The translations under genes were made by a program, and so were the position numbers. The notes below the pieces were generated by a model. That model made no database searches, was not told the DNA's origin, and was given only the letters and a program-made list of their open reading frames with translations. From positions 930,001 to 962,000 of the forward strand of contig NC_009073.1 of assembly GCF_000015805.1 (NCBI RefSeq): a stretch of 32,000 nt of DNA, read 5' to 3'. Below, in pieces: positions 1 to 6,792 of this stretch. This DNA comes from Pyrobaculum calidifontis JCM 11548 (GTDB lineage: Archaea; Thermoproteota; Thermoprotei; Thermoproteales; Thermoproteaceae). Numbering within the stretch: the stretch's first letter is position 1; each line of letters opens with the position of its first letter.

Positions 1-371
1 ACCTCTACGTAGTCCCCCTCTCTTTTGACAGCCTCCTCTGGCACAACCGCGTCTGCCCCCTCTGGCAGAAAGGCGCCCACTGTTACATACACCGTCTCCC
101 CCGGCTTGAGGGAGAGATCTCTCCTGAATTGCCCCACCAAGACTCTCCCAACCACTTTAAATCTGCCGGGGGTGGCCTCGGAGCTGACGGCGTATCCGTC
201 GTAGGCGGCTCTGGGGTATGGGGGATAGTCGTGCGGTGCCGCGACGTCGCGAGCTGCCACATAGCCAACGGCGTCCCAGGTTGCGATCTTCTTCACATCG
301 CCGATCTTCTTAACGAGGGGCAGTATCTCTGCCACTTTCGCCAGCGGATTAAGCCCGGCGAGGTAGCGCAT
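1..371 (-). CDS. moeA: Molybdopterin molybdenumtransferase MoeA, N-terminal part (gene continues past the left edge)
   Basis: Absent from the ORF track because it is open at the window edge. Reverse-strand ATG at 371-369. My translation is MRYLAGLNPLAKVAEILPLVKKIGDVKKIATWDAVGYVAARDVAAPHDYPPYPRAAYDGYAVSSEATPGRFKVVGRVLVGQ...GETVYVTVGAFLPEGADAVVPEE. It carries MoeA hallmarks (AYDGYAV; TGA-like G.FLP.GADAVV). A TATA-like box at 391-399 lies ~24 nt upstream. Confidence 0.75.
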   Translation of the reverse strand, partial: MRYLAGLNPLAKVAEILPLVKKIGDVKKIATWDAVGYVAARDVAAPHDYPPYPRAAYDGYAVSSEATPGRFKVVGRVLVGQFRRDLSLKPGETVYVTVGAFLPEGADAVVPEEAVKREGDYVE

Positions 372-390
372 GTATGTCGCCCAGGCTCTG

Positions 391-409
391 TATATAAAGT
401 TTTTATACC
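391..409. promoter_or_regulatory. Divergent promoter region with two adjacent TATA-like boxes
   Basis: The boxes are tatataaag (391-399) and tttttatac (401-409). The first is ~24 nt from the minus-strand moeA ATG (371) and ~25-30 nt upstream of the candidate sRNA at 428. A separate box, atatatttatatac (477-490), lies ~26 nt upstream of the elf1 ATG (510). Confidence 0.45.
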
Positions 410-427
410 AAGCCGTAGGAGACGTCG

Positions 428-477
428 GTGATGGAGTCAGGGTTACGGCGATAGATGACCGGAGGCGCTATCGCTGA
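428..477 (+). ncRNA. Candidate C/D box sRNA (sR-1)
   Basis: C box GTGATGG at 428-434, then a 13-nt spacer. D' GCGA at 448-451, then the 3-nt loop tag. C' ATGAccg at 455-461, then a 12-nt spacer gaggcgctatcg. D box CTGA at 474-477. The layout matches the three other candidates in this window. It lies in an intergenic spacer with its own upstream TATA. Confidence 0.45.
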
Positions 478-509
478 TATATTTATATACAGGGCTGTGG
501 AAGTCGTCG

Positions 510-800
510 ATGGGCAAGCGTAGGAAGAGGAGGAAAATTCTTCTCAAGCCTAAGAAGACGTTGCCCAAGATCTTCACTTGTCCACACTGCGGCGCCCAGC
601 TGGTAACTGTGAAGAAGACGAAGAACGGCTACCTAGTGATCTGCGGAAGCTGCGGCCTTAGCCACGAGTTTGAAGAAAGGGCCGGGTGGATGCCCGTGGA
701 CTACTACAACGCCTTTGTCGACTTATACCTAGAGGGCAAGATCCAGCCCCCCCAGCCTAGCCACGCGCATTCCGAGGGCGGGGGAGATGAAGCTAGTTGA
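510..800 (+). CDS. Transcription elongation factor Elf1 homolog (zinc ribbon)
   Basis: 96 aa. It has a basic N-terminus ([16 protein letters not shown]), then FTCPHCG...ICGSCGL and a [10 protein letters not shown] tail, as in Elf1 (FTCPFC...C.VC...PVDVYSDWID). The TATA is 26 nt upstream. Confidence 0.8.
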   Translation: MGKRRKRRKILLKPKKTLPKIFTCPHCGAQLVTVKKTKNGYLVICGSCGLSHEFEERAGWMPVDYYNAFVDLYLEGKIQPPQPSHAHSEGGGDEAS

Positions 801-1512
801 CTACCTACTGGAGGGCAGCGTTAAACACTTCACGCTGATAGACCCCGACAAGTCGGTGGACTATTTGAAGATAGTGAGATACGCACTTGACGCGGGGACA
901 GACGGAATCTTGGTGGGCGGCTCTTTGGGCATTAGAGAGACGCAGATGACGCAAGTGGTGAAGGACATCAAGTCTGTGGCACACGTCCCCGTGGTCCTAT
1001 TCCCCGGCTCTCCGAGCCAGCTCACAGAGGAGGCCGACGGCGTTTTGTTCCTCAGCGTATTAAACTCCCTAGACCCCTACTTCATAATTGGGGCGCAGGT
1101 GCAAGGCGCTGTGTTAATAGCCAAACACTTCCCAAGGCTAGAGGTGATATCCACCGCATACGTCATCGTGGGCGACGGAGGAGCGGCAGGATTTGTCTCC
1201 ATGAGCAAGCCAATTCCCTACGCCCGGTGGGACTTGGCCGTGGCTTACGCGCTCGCCGCCTACTACATAGGCTTCGGCGCCGTGTACCTAGAGGCCGGGA
1301 GCGGGGCTCCGCAGCCGGTGCCGCCGGAGATGGTGAGGGCGGTGAGAAAAGTCTTCCCAAGAGTTTTAATAGTGGGCGGAGGGATAAGAAGCGGCGAGGC
1401 GGCGCGTCAATTGGCGCGAGAGAGGCCTAATGTAATTGTGACGGGGACCTTAGCCGAGGAGCAACCCGAGAAGCTTGCCGAAGTCGTCAGAGCTATAAAA
1501 TCAAGCCTTTAA
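787..1512 (+). CDS. Geranylgeranylglyceryl phosphate synthase (GGGPS/PcrB family)
   Basis: 241 aa. It shows FTLIDPDK, a GGSLG motif and a C-terminal VGGGIRS motif, a TIM-barrel pattern typical of archaeal GGGP synthase. It overlaps the elf1 3' end by 14 nt. Confidence 0.85.
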   Translation: MKLVDYLLEGSVKHFTLIDPDKSVDYLKIVRYALDAGTDGILVGGSLGIRETQMTQVVKDIKSVAHVPVVLFPGSPSQLTEEADGVLFLSVLNSLDPYFIIGAQVQGAVLIAKHFPRLEVISTAYVIVGDGGAAGFVSMSKPIPYARWDLAVAYALAAYYIGFGAVYLEAGSGAPQPVPPEMVRAVRKVFPRVLIVGGGIRSGEAARQLARERPNVIVTGTLAEEQPEKLAEVVRAIKSSL

Positions 1513-1656
1513 CTTCTGCCTTCTCCAGTGCCGCCTCGCGGGGGACCTAGTAACCCTCCTTTTTGTCTTGGCGATGACCCACAGGGGAGGGTTTCTGTTG
1601 CTGTTTAAAGCCGCGGCGAGCCTAAGCTTCTTGCCCAGCGGCTTGTTTCTAGCCAT
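1501..1656 (-). CDS. rpl39e: 50S ribosomal protein L39e
   Basis: A 51-aa ORF below the track cutoff: [51 protein letters not shown]. It matches the L39e pattern (MARNKPL.KKLRLAKA...P.WVI.KT.RRV...RRHWRR.KLK). The TATA aaaatttaaaac is ~22 nt upstream. The 3' end overlaps the convergent GGGPS 3' end by 12 nt. Confidence 0.85.
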
Positions 1657-1687
1657 GGCCGCCTAAAATGTCGAAGTTTTAAATTTT

Positions 1688-2014
1688 TCAGAGTCGGAAT
1701 CTGTACTCTTGCCGGGTTTGGCTGTACACAGCCTCTAGGATCTTCTTCAAAGTCTCGTCGTCTATTGGCACTTTTACTCTTCCAGAGGAGGCCAGGGAGA
1801 TCAATTGTTGCTCCAGCGCCTCCACGATGTCCGGCCTTACGACTCTAATGTTGTCTAGCCTCGCCAAGGCCTCCGGCGTTAGTATCCTCTTGAGCACTGC
1901 CCTCCTCTGGGCCGCCGCTATTTGCGCCTGCCGCTCTGCCTCTGCCCTCTTTTGTAGCTCCTCGAGCTTTTTCCTTCTAAGTTCTTCAAGCTCTCTATCC
2001 TCGGCCTCTGCCAT
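1688..2014 (-). CDS. DNA-binding protein, PDCD5/TFAR19 homolog
   Basis: 108 aa. A charged coiled N-terminus is followed by [19 protein letters not shown]...[14 protein letters not shown], the conserved PDCD5-like archaeal DNA-binding protein pattern. It lies in the usual S19e-PDCD5-L39e neighbourhood. The junction with S19e is TAATG. Confidence 0.8.
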   Translation of the reverse strand: MAEAEDRELEELRRKKLEELQKRAEAERQAQIAAAQRRAVLKRILTPEALARLDNIRVVRPDIVEALEQQLISLASSGRVKVPIDDETLKKILEAVYSQTRQEYRFRL

Positions 2015-2490
2015 TACTCCTTGGGCGGCGCGACGTATTTGGCGAGCTCAGGCCTCTGCTTCACCAACTCTTTTGCAATACGGGCGGCGACTCTGTCCAC
2101 AAGAGACTTGCCCTCTGGCGTCAACACGCGCCCCCTCTTGGTCTTTGTCACAAAACCCGCATGTTCTAGCTGTTGTAGAATCTTCCTAATTATTGCGCCG
2201 CCTGCCTTTCTAGTTCTCTCGGGCCTAGTCTTGTCGCCTATCTTGGCCCTGTAGCCATAGGCGGTTCTAAGAGAACCGACGCCGACGGGTCCATATATGT
2301 AAAGCTTTCTCATAATAGAGGCGGCACGTATGTACCACCAGTCCTCGCTCATGGGCGGCCTCTCCTTATTGGCCCCAGTTTTTACAAAAGGCGCCCAGAC
2401 AGGCGGCTTGACCTGCGGCACGTTGTCCTTTATGTACTTCGCCAACTCCGCTATTAACAAGTCTGCTGGCACGTCTTTCACCGAAGTCAC
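2014..2490 (-). CDS. rps19e: 30S ribosomal protein S19e
   Basis: The body matches S19e ([10 protein letters not shown]..., [39 protein letters not shown]). The track start (2580) adds ~30 unrelated residues. I call the in-frame GTG at 2490 (158 aa), because ttataaa at 2511-2517 lies ~25 nt upstream, consistent with a leaderless start. Confidence 0.85.
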   Translation of the reverse strand: MTSVKDVPADLLIAELAKYIKDNVPQVKPPVWAPFVKTGANKERPPMSEDWWYIRAASIMRKLYIYGPVGVGSLRTAYGYRAKIGDKTRPERTRKAGGAIIRKILQQLEHAGFVTKTKRGRVLTPEGKSLVDRVAARIAKELVKQRPELAKYVAPPKE

Positions 2491-2564
2491 GTGTCCCACA
2501 CCCCCCGGGTTTATAAGTTTTCGTGGGCAAAAAGAATTTAAAGGGCAGGGGCAGGGGGACCTCT

Positions 2565-2897
2565 GTGAGATTTTGTCCAAACGACAAGAGCTTGTTAATC
2601 CCAGTAAAGAAGGGCGATCGCACAGTGCTTAGATGTCCCAAATGCGGCTACGAGGAGGAGGTGTCTCAAGAGGTTAGAGGCAGGTACCAGAGCAAATCCG
2701 CAGTAGAAAACAAAAACCAACTCATAGTAGTTGCAGACAACGCAGTTAACTTGCCCAAGGTAAAGACGCGGGGTTGCCCAAAGTGCGGCCACGACGAGGC
2801 CTACTTCTGGGTTCAGCAGACGAGAGCCGCCGACGAGCCTCCCACCAGATTCTACAAGTGTACAAAATGCGGCCACGTGTGGCGGGAATACGAATAG
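2565..2897 (+). CDS. tfs: Transcription factor S (TFS / RpoM-like cleavage factor)
   Basis: The C-terminal zinc ribbon is CPKCGHDEAYFWVQQTRAADEPPTRFYKCTKCGHVW, with the acidic DE hairpin. The start is re-called to GTG 2565 (VRFCPNDKSLL..., 110 aa), with aaagaatttaaagg at 2531-2544 upstream. The N-terminal ribbon has only three Cys (C-P-N-D replaces CxxC). Confidence 0.85.
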   Translation: MRFCPNDKSLLIPVKKGDRTVLRCPKCGYEEEVSQEVRGRYQSKSAVENKNQLIVVADNAVNLPKVKTRGCPKCGHDEAYFWVQQTRAADEPPTRFYKCTKCGHVWREYE

Positions 2898-3021
2898 CCC
2901 ATCTTTTCTATCGCAGTCAGAGGAGGCGTTGGCGGCGGGCCGCCCGCATAGGCGCTTAGGGGTACCTTAGGGTGGGGTGTATTATGGGTTCAATTTTTTA
3001 AAAAGTGGGCCACCTTATGTC

Positions 3022-3774
3022 ATGCCTAAGTATGTTCTAACGTATATGGACGCCAAGGAGTTCGCGTACATAATAGACTCACTATCGGTGTTGGTGGAGG
3101 AGGCAAGCTTCGTGCTTAGGAGCGATGGCCTTTTTCTCCGCGCGTTAGACGCGTCTAGGACGGCCATGGTAGACCTCTCTATGCCTAAGGAGGCCTTTGA
3201 GGAATTCCCAGAGGTTGAGGAAGAGGTAAAGCTCGGCTTCAATTTTAAGGATCTTAAGAAGCTACTGCGGCGGGTGAAGAAGGGCGACAAGATAAGCCTT
3301 GAAATCGAGGAGTCCAGAGTCAAGGTGAAGCTGGTGGGCAAGTCTGTCAGATCTATAACTCTCCCCATGATTGAGGTGGTGTCTGAGGAGCTCCCAACGC
3401 CTAAGGTGGTCTTCACGGCGCTTGTCAAAACCAGTAGCGACGTATTGGCCTCTGCTGTGAAAGACGCAGACGCTGTAGCAGACGAGGTGAAGTTTGAGGC
3501 AAACGAGGACGCCTTTGTAATAAGCGCGGCCAGCGACAAGGGCGAGGTGGAAGTGCGGCTGGACAAGGGCAGCGAGCTTGTCTACGAGTTTGACGTAAAG
3601 GAGCCGGCCTCGGCCCGCTATTCGCTGGAGTACCTCGTGGACATCGTGGGCAAGGCGTCTAAAATAAGCGACATAGCCACTGTGGAGTTGGCCACTGCGA
3701 AGCCTGTCTTGCTCACCTTCGACATACCGGCCGGCGGCCGAATTGCCTACTACGTGGCGCCGAGGGTGGAGTGA
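3022..3774 (+). CDS. pcn: DNA polymerase sliding clamp PCNA
   Basis: 250 aa from the ATG at 3022 ([30 protein letters not shown]...). The two-domain PCNA pattern is present, and the gene lies directly upstream of priS. The TATA ttttttaaaaa lies ~20 nt upstream. The track start at 2977 is over-extended. Confidence 0.85.
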   Translation: MPKYVLTYMDAKEFAYIIDSLSVLVEEASFVLRSDGLFLRALDASRTAMVDLSMPKEAFEEFPEVEEEVKLGFNFKDLKKLLRRVKKGDKISLEIEESRVKVKLVGKSVRSITLPMIEVVSEELPTPKVVFTALVKTSSDVLASAVKDADAVADEVKFEANEDAFVISAASDKGEVEVRLDKGSELVYEFDVKEPASARYSLEYLVDIVGKASKISDIATVELATAKPVLLTFDIPAGGRIAYYVAPRVE

Positions 3775-4709
3775 TTGTAGAAGTATTTTTCCGCAACTAC
3801 TACAGGAACTACGCGAAGCTGGAAGTAGACGAGGTGGAAAAGAGGGAGTTCGCCTTCCAGCCCTTTGTCGGCGGCATGGTTAGGCACAAGGCCTTTAAAA
3901 ACCTCGAAGAGCTGAAGAGGCACTTGGTTGAGAAGACGCCTCGGCACGTCTACTACTCCACCGCCCGGTACGAGAGGCCTTGGGAGGAGGACATGGAGCG
4001 AAAGGGCTGGCTAGGCGCCGACTTAGTATTTGACATAGATGGAGACCACCTCGACACTGAGGCGTGTAGAGAGAGCAAGGTGGTGTCTTTGGCGTGTCTA
4101 GAGGACGCCAAGGAGGAGGCCAACAAGCTCATAGACGTGTTGACAGAGGAGCTGGGCCTTAAGCCGACTAAGGTCGTATTCTCCGGCAACAGGGGATTCC
4201 ACGTGCACGTGGTCGATGAAGAGGTGTTGGCCCTTGGGCAAAAGGAGCGTAGAGAGCTTGTGAACTACCTAAAGGCAGTCGGGTTTGACCCCTCTAAGTT
4301 CCACATGAAGGTGGGGAGGCGGAAGGTCGTGTTGTACGAGGAGGAGGCCGTGGGCAACCTCTTGCGCATTAGGAGAGGCATAGAGGACCCCGAGGCGTTG
4401 AAGGTTGAGGTAGACGAGGTGGTGACGCAGGACGTGCATAGGCTCATAAGGGCCCCCGGCTCGCTCAACGGGAAGACGGGCCTCGTGGCATTGCCTCTCT
4501 CAGTGAGAGACTTGGAAAAAGAAGTGGCGCACATAGTCGAGAGGGCTATCGCCTTTAGAAAGGGGAATTTGAGGCTGAGGTTCGAAAAGCCGTTCCAGGG
4601 CACTGTGTTGTTTGAAAAAGTGGAGGCGAGAGAGGGCGACATTAAGACGCTGCCAGCACATGTGGCCATATACCTAGAGCTACAGGAATTTGGCAAAATA
4701 TATGATTGA
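3771..4709 (+). CDS. priS: DNA primase small (catalytic) subunit PriS
   Basis: 312 aa. Motifs include [21 protein letters not shown] and [11 protein letters not shown] (AEP primase catalytic motifs). The GTG start overlaps the PCNA stop (GTGA). Confidence 0.9.
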   Translation: MIVEVFFRNYYRNYAKLEVDEVEKREFAFQPFVGGMVRHKAFKNLEELKRHLVEKTPRHVYYSTARYERPWEEDMERKGWLGADLVFDIDGDHLDTEACRESKVVSLACLEDAKEEANKLIDVLTEELGLKPTKVVFSGNRGFHVHVVDEEVLALGQKERRELVNYLKAVGFDPSKFHMKVGRRKVVLYEEEAVGNLLRIRRGIEDPEALKVEVDEVVTQDVHRLIRAPGSLNGKTGLVALPLSVRDLEKEVAHIVERAIAFRKGNLRLRFEKPFQGTVLFEKVEAREGDIKTLPAHVAIYLELQEFGKIYD

Positions 4710-5187
4710 GAAGCTGAGGCTCTGGTTAGCCGCTGAGGCTAACTCGCGCTTTCTCACAGAGCCGCCGTACGGCTCGTACGCAGAGGCGGCTGAGCAGTTT
4801 GTCAGAGATTTGCAGAACTCGCCGCTGCCGCAGAGCATAGCGGAGCAGGTTAAAGCCCATGTCTACTCCACGTTGGTCACGATAGTGGAACTTAGAACGC
4901 GGAAGATACTGTGGGAACTGAGCCAAGGCCGCGAGCCTAAGAATACGACGGCAGAAGAGGAGAGGCTCATACGGCCGTTGTTGAAAATCCTCCGTGCCAG
5001 ACCCCACCGGAGAGAGGCGCAGGAGTATGTGATTGTACAATTCGTAACTCCCCACCCTGCCATAATAACTGAGGACTTTAAACAGATAGGTCCCTTTAAC
5101 AAGGGCGACTTGGCTAAACTGCCTCCCCGCGACGCGAAAGACCTAGAGGAAAGGGGCGTTGCCAGACTCCTCCGGCTTGAAGACTAA
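4702..5187 (+). CDS. GINS subunit (Gins15/51-like), probable
   Basis: 161 aa from an ATG that overlaps the priS stop. The helical A-domain has a TAEEERL motif. The C-terminal small beta domain ([45 protein letters not shown]) resembles the Gins51 B-domain. A priS-gins15 linkage is known in Sulfolobus. Confidence 0.6.
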   Translation: MIEKLRLWLAAEANSRFLTEPPYGSYAEAAEQFVRDLQNSPLPQSIAEQVKAHVYSTLVTIVELRTRKILWELSQGREPKNTTAEEERLIRPLLKILRARPHRREAQEYVIVQFVTPHPAIITEDFKQIGPFNKGDLAKLPPRDAKDLEERGVARLLRLED

Positions 5188-5254
5188 CTGAGGCCCGATC
5201 CCCTGCGGGGCGTGGTGGGAGTAAAATTTATTTTGTCCCCCTTTTTGCCCCTTC

Positions 5255-5530
5255 GTGAAGTTTCCCAAGAGCGTAAATATGTACTGTCCACGGTGTAACA
5301 CATATACGCAGCATAGCGTGTCCAACTACCACGGAGGTCAGAGGAGGTCGCTGGCGGAGGGCCAGAGGAGGTATGAGAGAAAGTTGAAGGGGTACGGCTC
5401 CACTCCTAAGCCTAAGCAGAAGAGGTTTGCCAAGGTCAATAAAAAGGTGACCTTAGTATTTACCTGCACTAAGTGCGGCTACAAAATTGTGAAGAGCTTA
5501 GGCAGGATGAAGAAGGTGGAACTGGTGTAG
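5255..5530 (+). CDS. rpl44e: 50S ribosomal protein L44e
   Basis: 91 aa. CPRC...CTKCG zinc ribbon plus GQRR..RKLKGYG..PKP, typical of L44e. The TATA gtaaaatttatttt lies ~27 nt upstream of the GTG start. Confidence 0.9.
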
Positions 5531-5534
5531 GCCC

Positions 5535-5738
5535 ATGCCACAGAGGTTCAGCAGAGTCCTAATACCACAGCCTCGGTCTAGGTTTGTTAGACTTAGGTGC
5601 CCCGACTGTGGAAACGAGCAGGTAACCTTTAGCCACGCCGCGATGGTGGTGCGCTGTCTCGTGTGCGGCAGAGTTTTGGCGCAACCCACCGGTGGGAAGG
5701 CGATTTTCGCAGGCCACGTCGTAAAAGTTTTAGAATAG
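5535..5738 (+). CDS. rps27e: 30S ribosomal protein S27e
   Basis: 67 aa. [17 protein letters not shown]...V.C..CG..LA.PTGGKA, the S27e zinc ribbon. Confidence 0.9.
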   Translation: MPQRFSRVLIPQPRSRFVRLRCPDCGNEQVTFSHAAMVVRCLVCGRVLAQPTGGKAIFAGHVVKVLE

Positions 5739-5758
5739 CCCCCAAACCCCTTCCTTCA

Positions 5759-6559
5759 ATGAAGTTAGTGAAAAAGGATTTTCCAGACGTAGGCGAGTTA
5801 GTCATAGGCACAGTCAAAAAGATCGCGGAGCACGGGGCGTATGTGTACCTAGACGAATACGACTTGGAGGCCTTTGCGCCGACGCAAGAGGTGGTCCAGT
5901 CTTGGTTTCACAGCATTAGGGATTACATAAAGGAGGGCAATAAGACGGTGTTTAAGGTGATAAGCGTAAACCCCAAGATGCGCGTGGTAGAGGTTTCTCT
6001 CAAGAGAGTTAGAGTAGACGAGAAGGAGAAGAAGCTCCTCCTCTACCGCCACAGAGTCAGAGTGTTGAAGCTCTTGGAAATCGCCATGAAGAGGCTGAAC
6101 AGGCCGCCACAAGAGGCTTTAAACGTCTTGTGGTATCTAGAGGAGCAGTTCGGCGACCCCTTCAAAGTCTTCGAAGAAATTGTGAAAACGGGGCCGCAGG
6201 TGTTAGACGGGTTAGACCTAGACGACAAGCTGAAGGAGCTCCTCGTAGAGCTGGCCCGGCAACAGGTGGAAATCCCACCCACGAAGATCTCCGGCGTAAT
6301 TAAGGCCGTGAGCGTGGAGGGCGATGGCGTTGAGAAGATAAAGGCCGCATTGACGGAGTTGCTCAAGGCTCTGGAGGCAAAGTATCCACAAGTCTCGGCC
6401 AAAATCTACGTGATAGGCCCGCCGCGGTATCGGATAGACTTGGTGGGCAAAATGCCGAAGCAGGTAGAGGCGGCGTTTAACGAGGTCTCAGCCCTCCTAC
6501 AGTCTCTACAGAAGAAGTACAAGGTAATTGCAAGCGTCCAGAGAATAGAGCAGGGCTAG
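5759..6559 (+). CDS. eif2a: Translation initiation factor aIF2 alpha subunit
   Basis: 266 aa from the ATG at 5759 (MKLVKKDFPDVGELVIGTVKKIAEHGAYVYLDEY...). It has an N-terminal S1 domain and sits in the conserved L44e-S27e-aIF2alpha cluster. The track start at 5663 overlaps S27e and is over-extended. Confidence 0.9.
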   Translation: MKLVKKDFPDVGELVIGTVKKIAEHGAYVYLDEYDLEAFAPTQEVVQSWFHSIRDYIKEGNKTVFKVISVNPKMRVVEVSLKRVRVDEKEKKLLLYRHRVRVLKLLEIAMKRLNRPPQEALNVLWYLEEQFGDPFKVFEEIVKTGPQVLDGLDLDDKLKELLVELARQQVEIPPTKISGVIKAVSVEGDGVEKIKAALTELLKALEAKYPQVSAKIYVIGPPRYRIDLVGKMPKQVEAAFNEVSALLQSLQKKYKVIASVQRIEQG

Positions 6560-6792
6560 CCGCTCCCCTCCACCACGGCGGCGAATTCCTCCAAGATCTT
6601 CCTCCTCGTTTCCTCTTTCACGGGGAGTGTCCCGAGCAACGCCTTTTGTAAAATTCTATACCGCTGGTACTTGTCCTCGGGGGAAAACTTAGGCGGGTGA
6701 GGCACCTCGACCTCGCCCCCGCACTTCGGGCAGCTGGCCTTCGAAAGCGTGTACCAGCCGCAGTTTTTACAACGCCTCAGAAGCGACTTCAC
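6556..6792 (-). CDS. nop10: H/ACA RNP protein Nop10 (with C-terminal extension)
   Basis: RRCKNCGWYTLSKASCPKCGGEVEVPHPPKFSPEDKYQRYR matches the Nop10 core. I call GTG 6792 (78 aa), which forms a GTGA overlap with the aglB stop (6791-6789). The last ~25 aa extend beyond the usual Nop10 length. Confidence 0.8.
   Translation of the reverse strand: MKSLLRRCKNCGWYTLSKASCPKCGGEVEVPHPPKFSPEDKYQRYRILQKALLGTLPVKEETRRKILEEFAAVVEGSG

Noticed and set aside
129-431. 100-aa plus-strand ORF in the track (also 83-268 minus).
   Set aside because: It lies antisense or out of frame to a reverse-strand frame with clear MoeA motifs that runs off the window edge. The plus-strand ORF has low-complexity Gly/Arg-rich composition and no upstream TATA.
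2491-2580. N-terminal extensions of the track ORFs. Examples: S19e to 2580, TFS from 2523, PCNA from 2977, aIF2alpha from 5663, Nop10 to 6819, AglB to 9149, the 9552 gene to 10367, JAMM to 24205, NikR-like to 24606, ribC from 24302, the 28460 gene to 29107, dcd from 28953.
   Set aside because: The extensions overlap neighbouring genes or promoters and add residues unrelated to the family. Shorter in-frame ATG/GTG/TTG starts sit 22-27 nt downstream of TATA boxes or form ATGA/GTGA junctions with the upstream gene.
3015-3566. Long antisense or alternative-frame ORFs inside well-supported genes. Examples: 3015-3566, 4265-4696, 6043-6402, 10398-10727, 11135-11926, 12026-12373, 13343-13735, 19555-20043, 20062-20817, 23086-23501, 25134-25559, 30533-31006.
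   Set aside because: Each lies wholly within a gene that carries strong family motifs on the other strand or frame. Their Ser/Ala/Arg/Thr-rich, low-complexity translations are typical of shadow ORFs in GC-rich DNA.
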